64,000 nucleotides of DNA, taken from Raillietiella orientalis (Eukaryota). Within the stretch, counting starts at the first letter, position 1, and every line of letters begins with the position of its first letter. The position numbers and the translations under genes are program-made. The stretch covers positions 248,001 to 312,000 of the forward strand of contig JAYWIR010000027.1 of the NCBI GenBank assembly GCA_036172245.1, given 5' to 3'. Positions 63,101-64,000 of this stretch are shown in pieces. The notes below the pieces were generated by a model. It had not been told where the DNA came from, ran no database searches, and saw only the letters and a list, made by a program, of their open reading frames with translations.

Positions 63101-64000
63101 CTGCCTAGGGACGAGCCCGCGCGCACACGCGAGAAGCATCCAAAGGGAACGCTTGATCCCTTGGCCTTCCCTCCGAAATACTAGGGAAGAGGAGAGAAAG
63201 GAATGGGACCCATTTGCGATCTGGGAACTGGAAGCAGCAAAAACGGAAAGGCTCGATCCCTTCCTCTCCATCCAACCGTGCGCCGCCCTCAGGGTAAAGC
63301 CGCCGCGACCCACGGCCGGTCAAGGTCGCTTCTACAACCGAAGGTGGCGCTCTGCCCTCTTCCTTCATCCTCATTTAGTGAGGAAGGTCCGCCGAAGGCG
63401 AATCTCCTGGATTTTGCTCGAGATGACCCTCCTGCAGTAACCTCCAACGTCCCCGGACCCAGCTTCCGGAGTCACGCGCTAACAAGGAGGGGAAGGCGCA
63501 ACAACTTCCTCGTCTCCACTTCTACCTCCGGAGAGTTTGACTGGACTGCTTTCCCGAAAATGCCGGACCTCCTGCGTCGCAGAATTAGTGTCGAAAGCTC
63601 GTCCTCCGGGTCGTGTCAGGGCGCGTAGGCTGAAAAGCTCCAGAGTGGAGTCCCGTCCCGGCGTCACTTTCGAGCTTTCCTCCGAGTGCCCGTTTTCCGG
63701 GGAACTTCCGCCTGGGACTCAAGAATGCTCGACCGAAGGTCGAGCATTCTCTTCAAGCGCTCCGTGGTCGTGAGGATCACCATCGGCAACCGGGGACGGC
63801 TCGGGAAAACTTTCTTTGAGCCATCTTCGCGCCGACCAGGACCGTGCCTTCCTTTCCTCCGAAGAACCACGGATAGCTTAAAGCGAATGCTAGACCGTGA
63901 GTCCCGGGGCGGAAGTCTCCTCAGAAACGGGAGCATAGGAGAAAAGCTCGAAGGTGGCGCCGGGAGAGGACTCCCCCTCCCCCCGGAGCTTTTCAGCCTC

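Noticed and set aside
62640..63500. + strand LINE RT fragment (EFRKAH, SRVPLG)
   Set aside because: Only weak matches. The - strand N-like reading is at least as good, so this remains unresolved and was not called.
1..64000. CRISPR array, rRNA or prokaryotic operon
   Set aside because: No regularly spaced short identical repeats or rRNA motifs were seen. Spliceosomal introns show the sequence is eukaryotic.

Overview
GC-rich eukaryotic, probably arthropod, genomic DNA. One spliced host gene is recognisable on the + strand. It is a TRMT9B/KIAA1456 (Drosophila fid)-like SAM-dependent tRNA methyltransferase with six coding exons between 39.5 and 62.2 kb, and its last exon lies beyond the window. 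Almost all remaining sequence, upstream of the gene and inside its introns, appears by manual translation to consist of about 40-45 degraded copies or fragments of a nairovirus-type (CCHFV-like) nucleoprotein gene. They recur roughly every 1-1.5 kb, all on the - strand, and none is an intact ORF. Interspersed are five copies of a long B-box-headed SINE-like repeat and two 3' fragments of an RNase H/CCHC LINE. The viral assignments come from by-eye comparison with the CCHFV N sequence recalled from memory. No search was run, so copy boundaries are approximate and individual copies need HMM confirmation.
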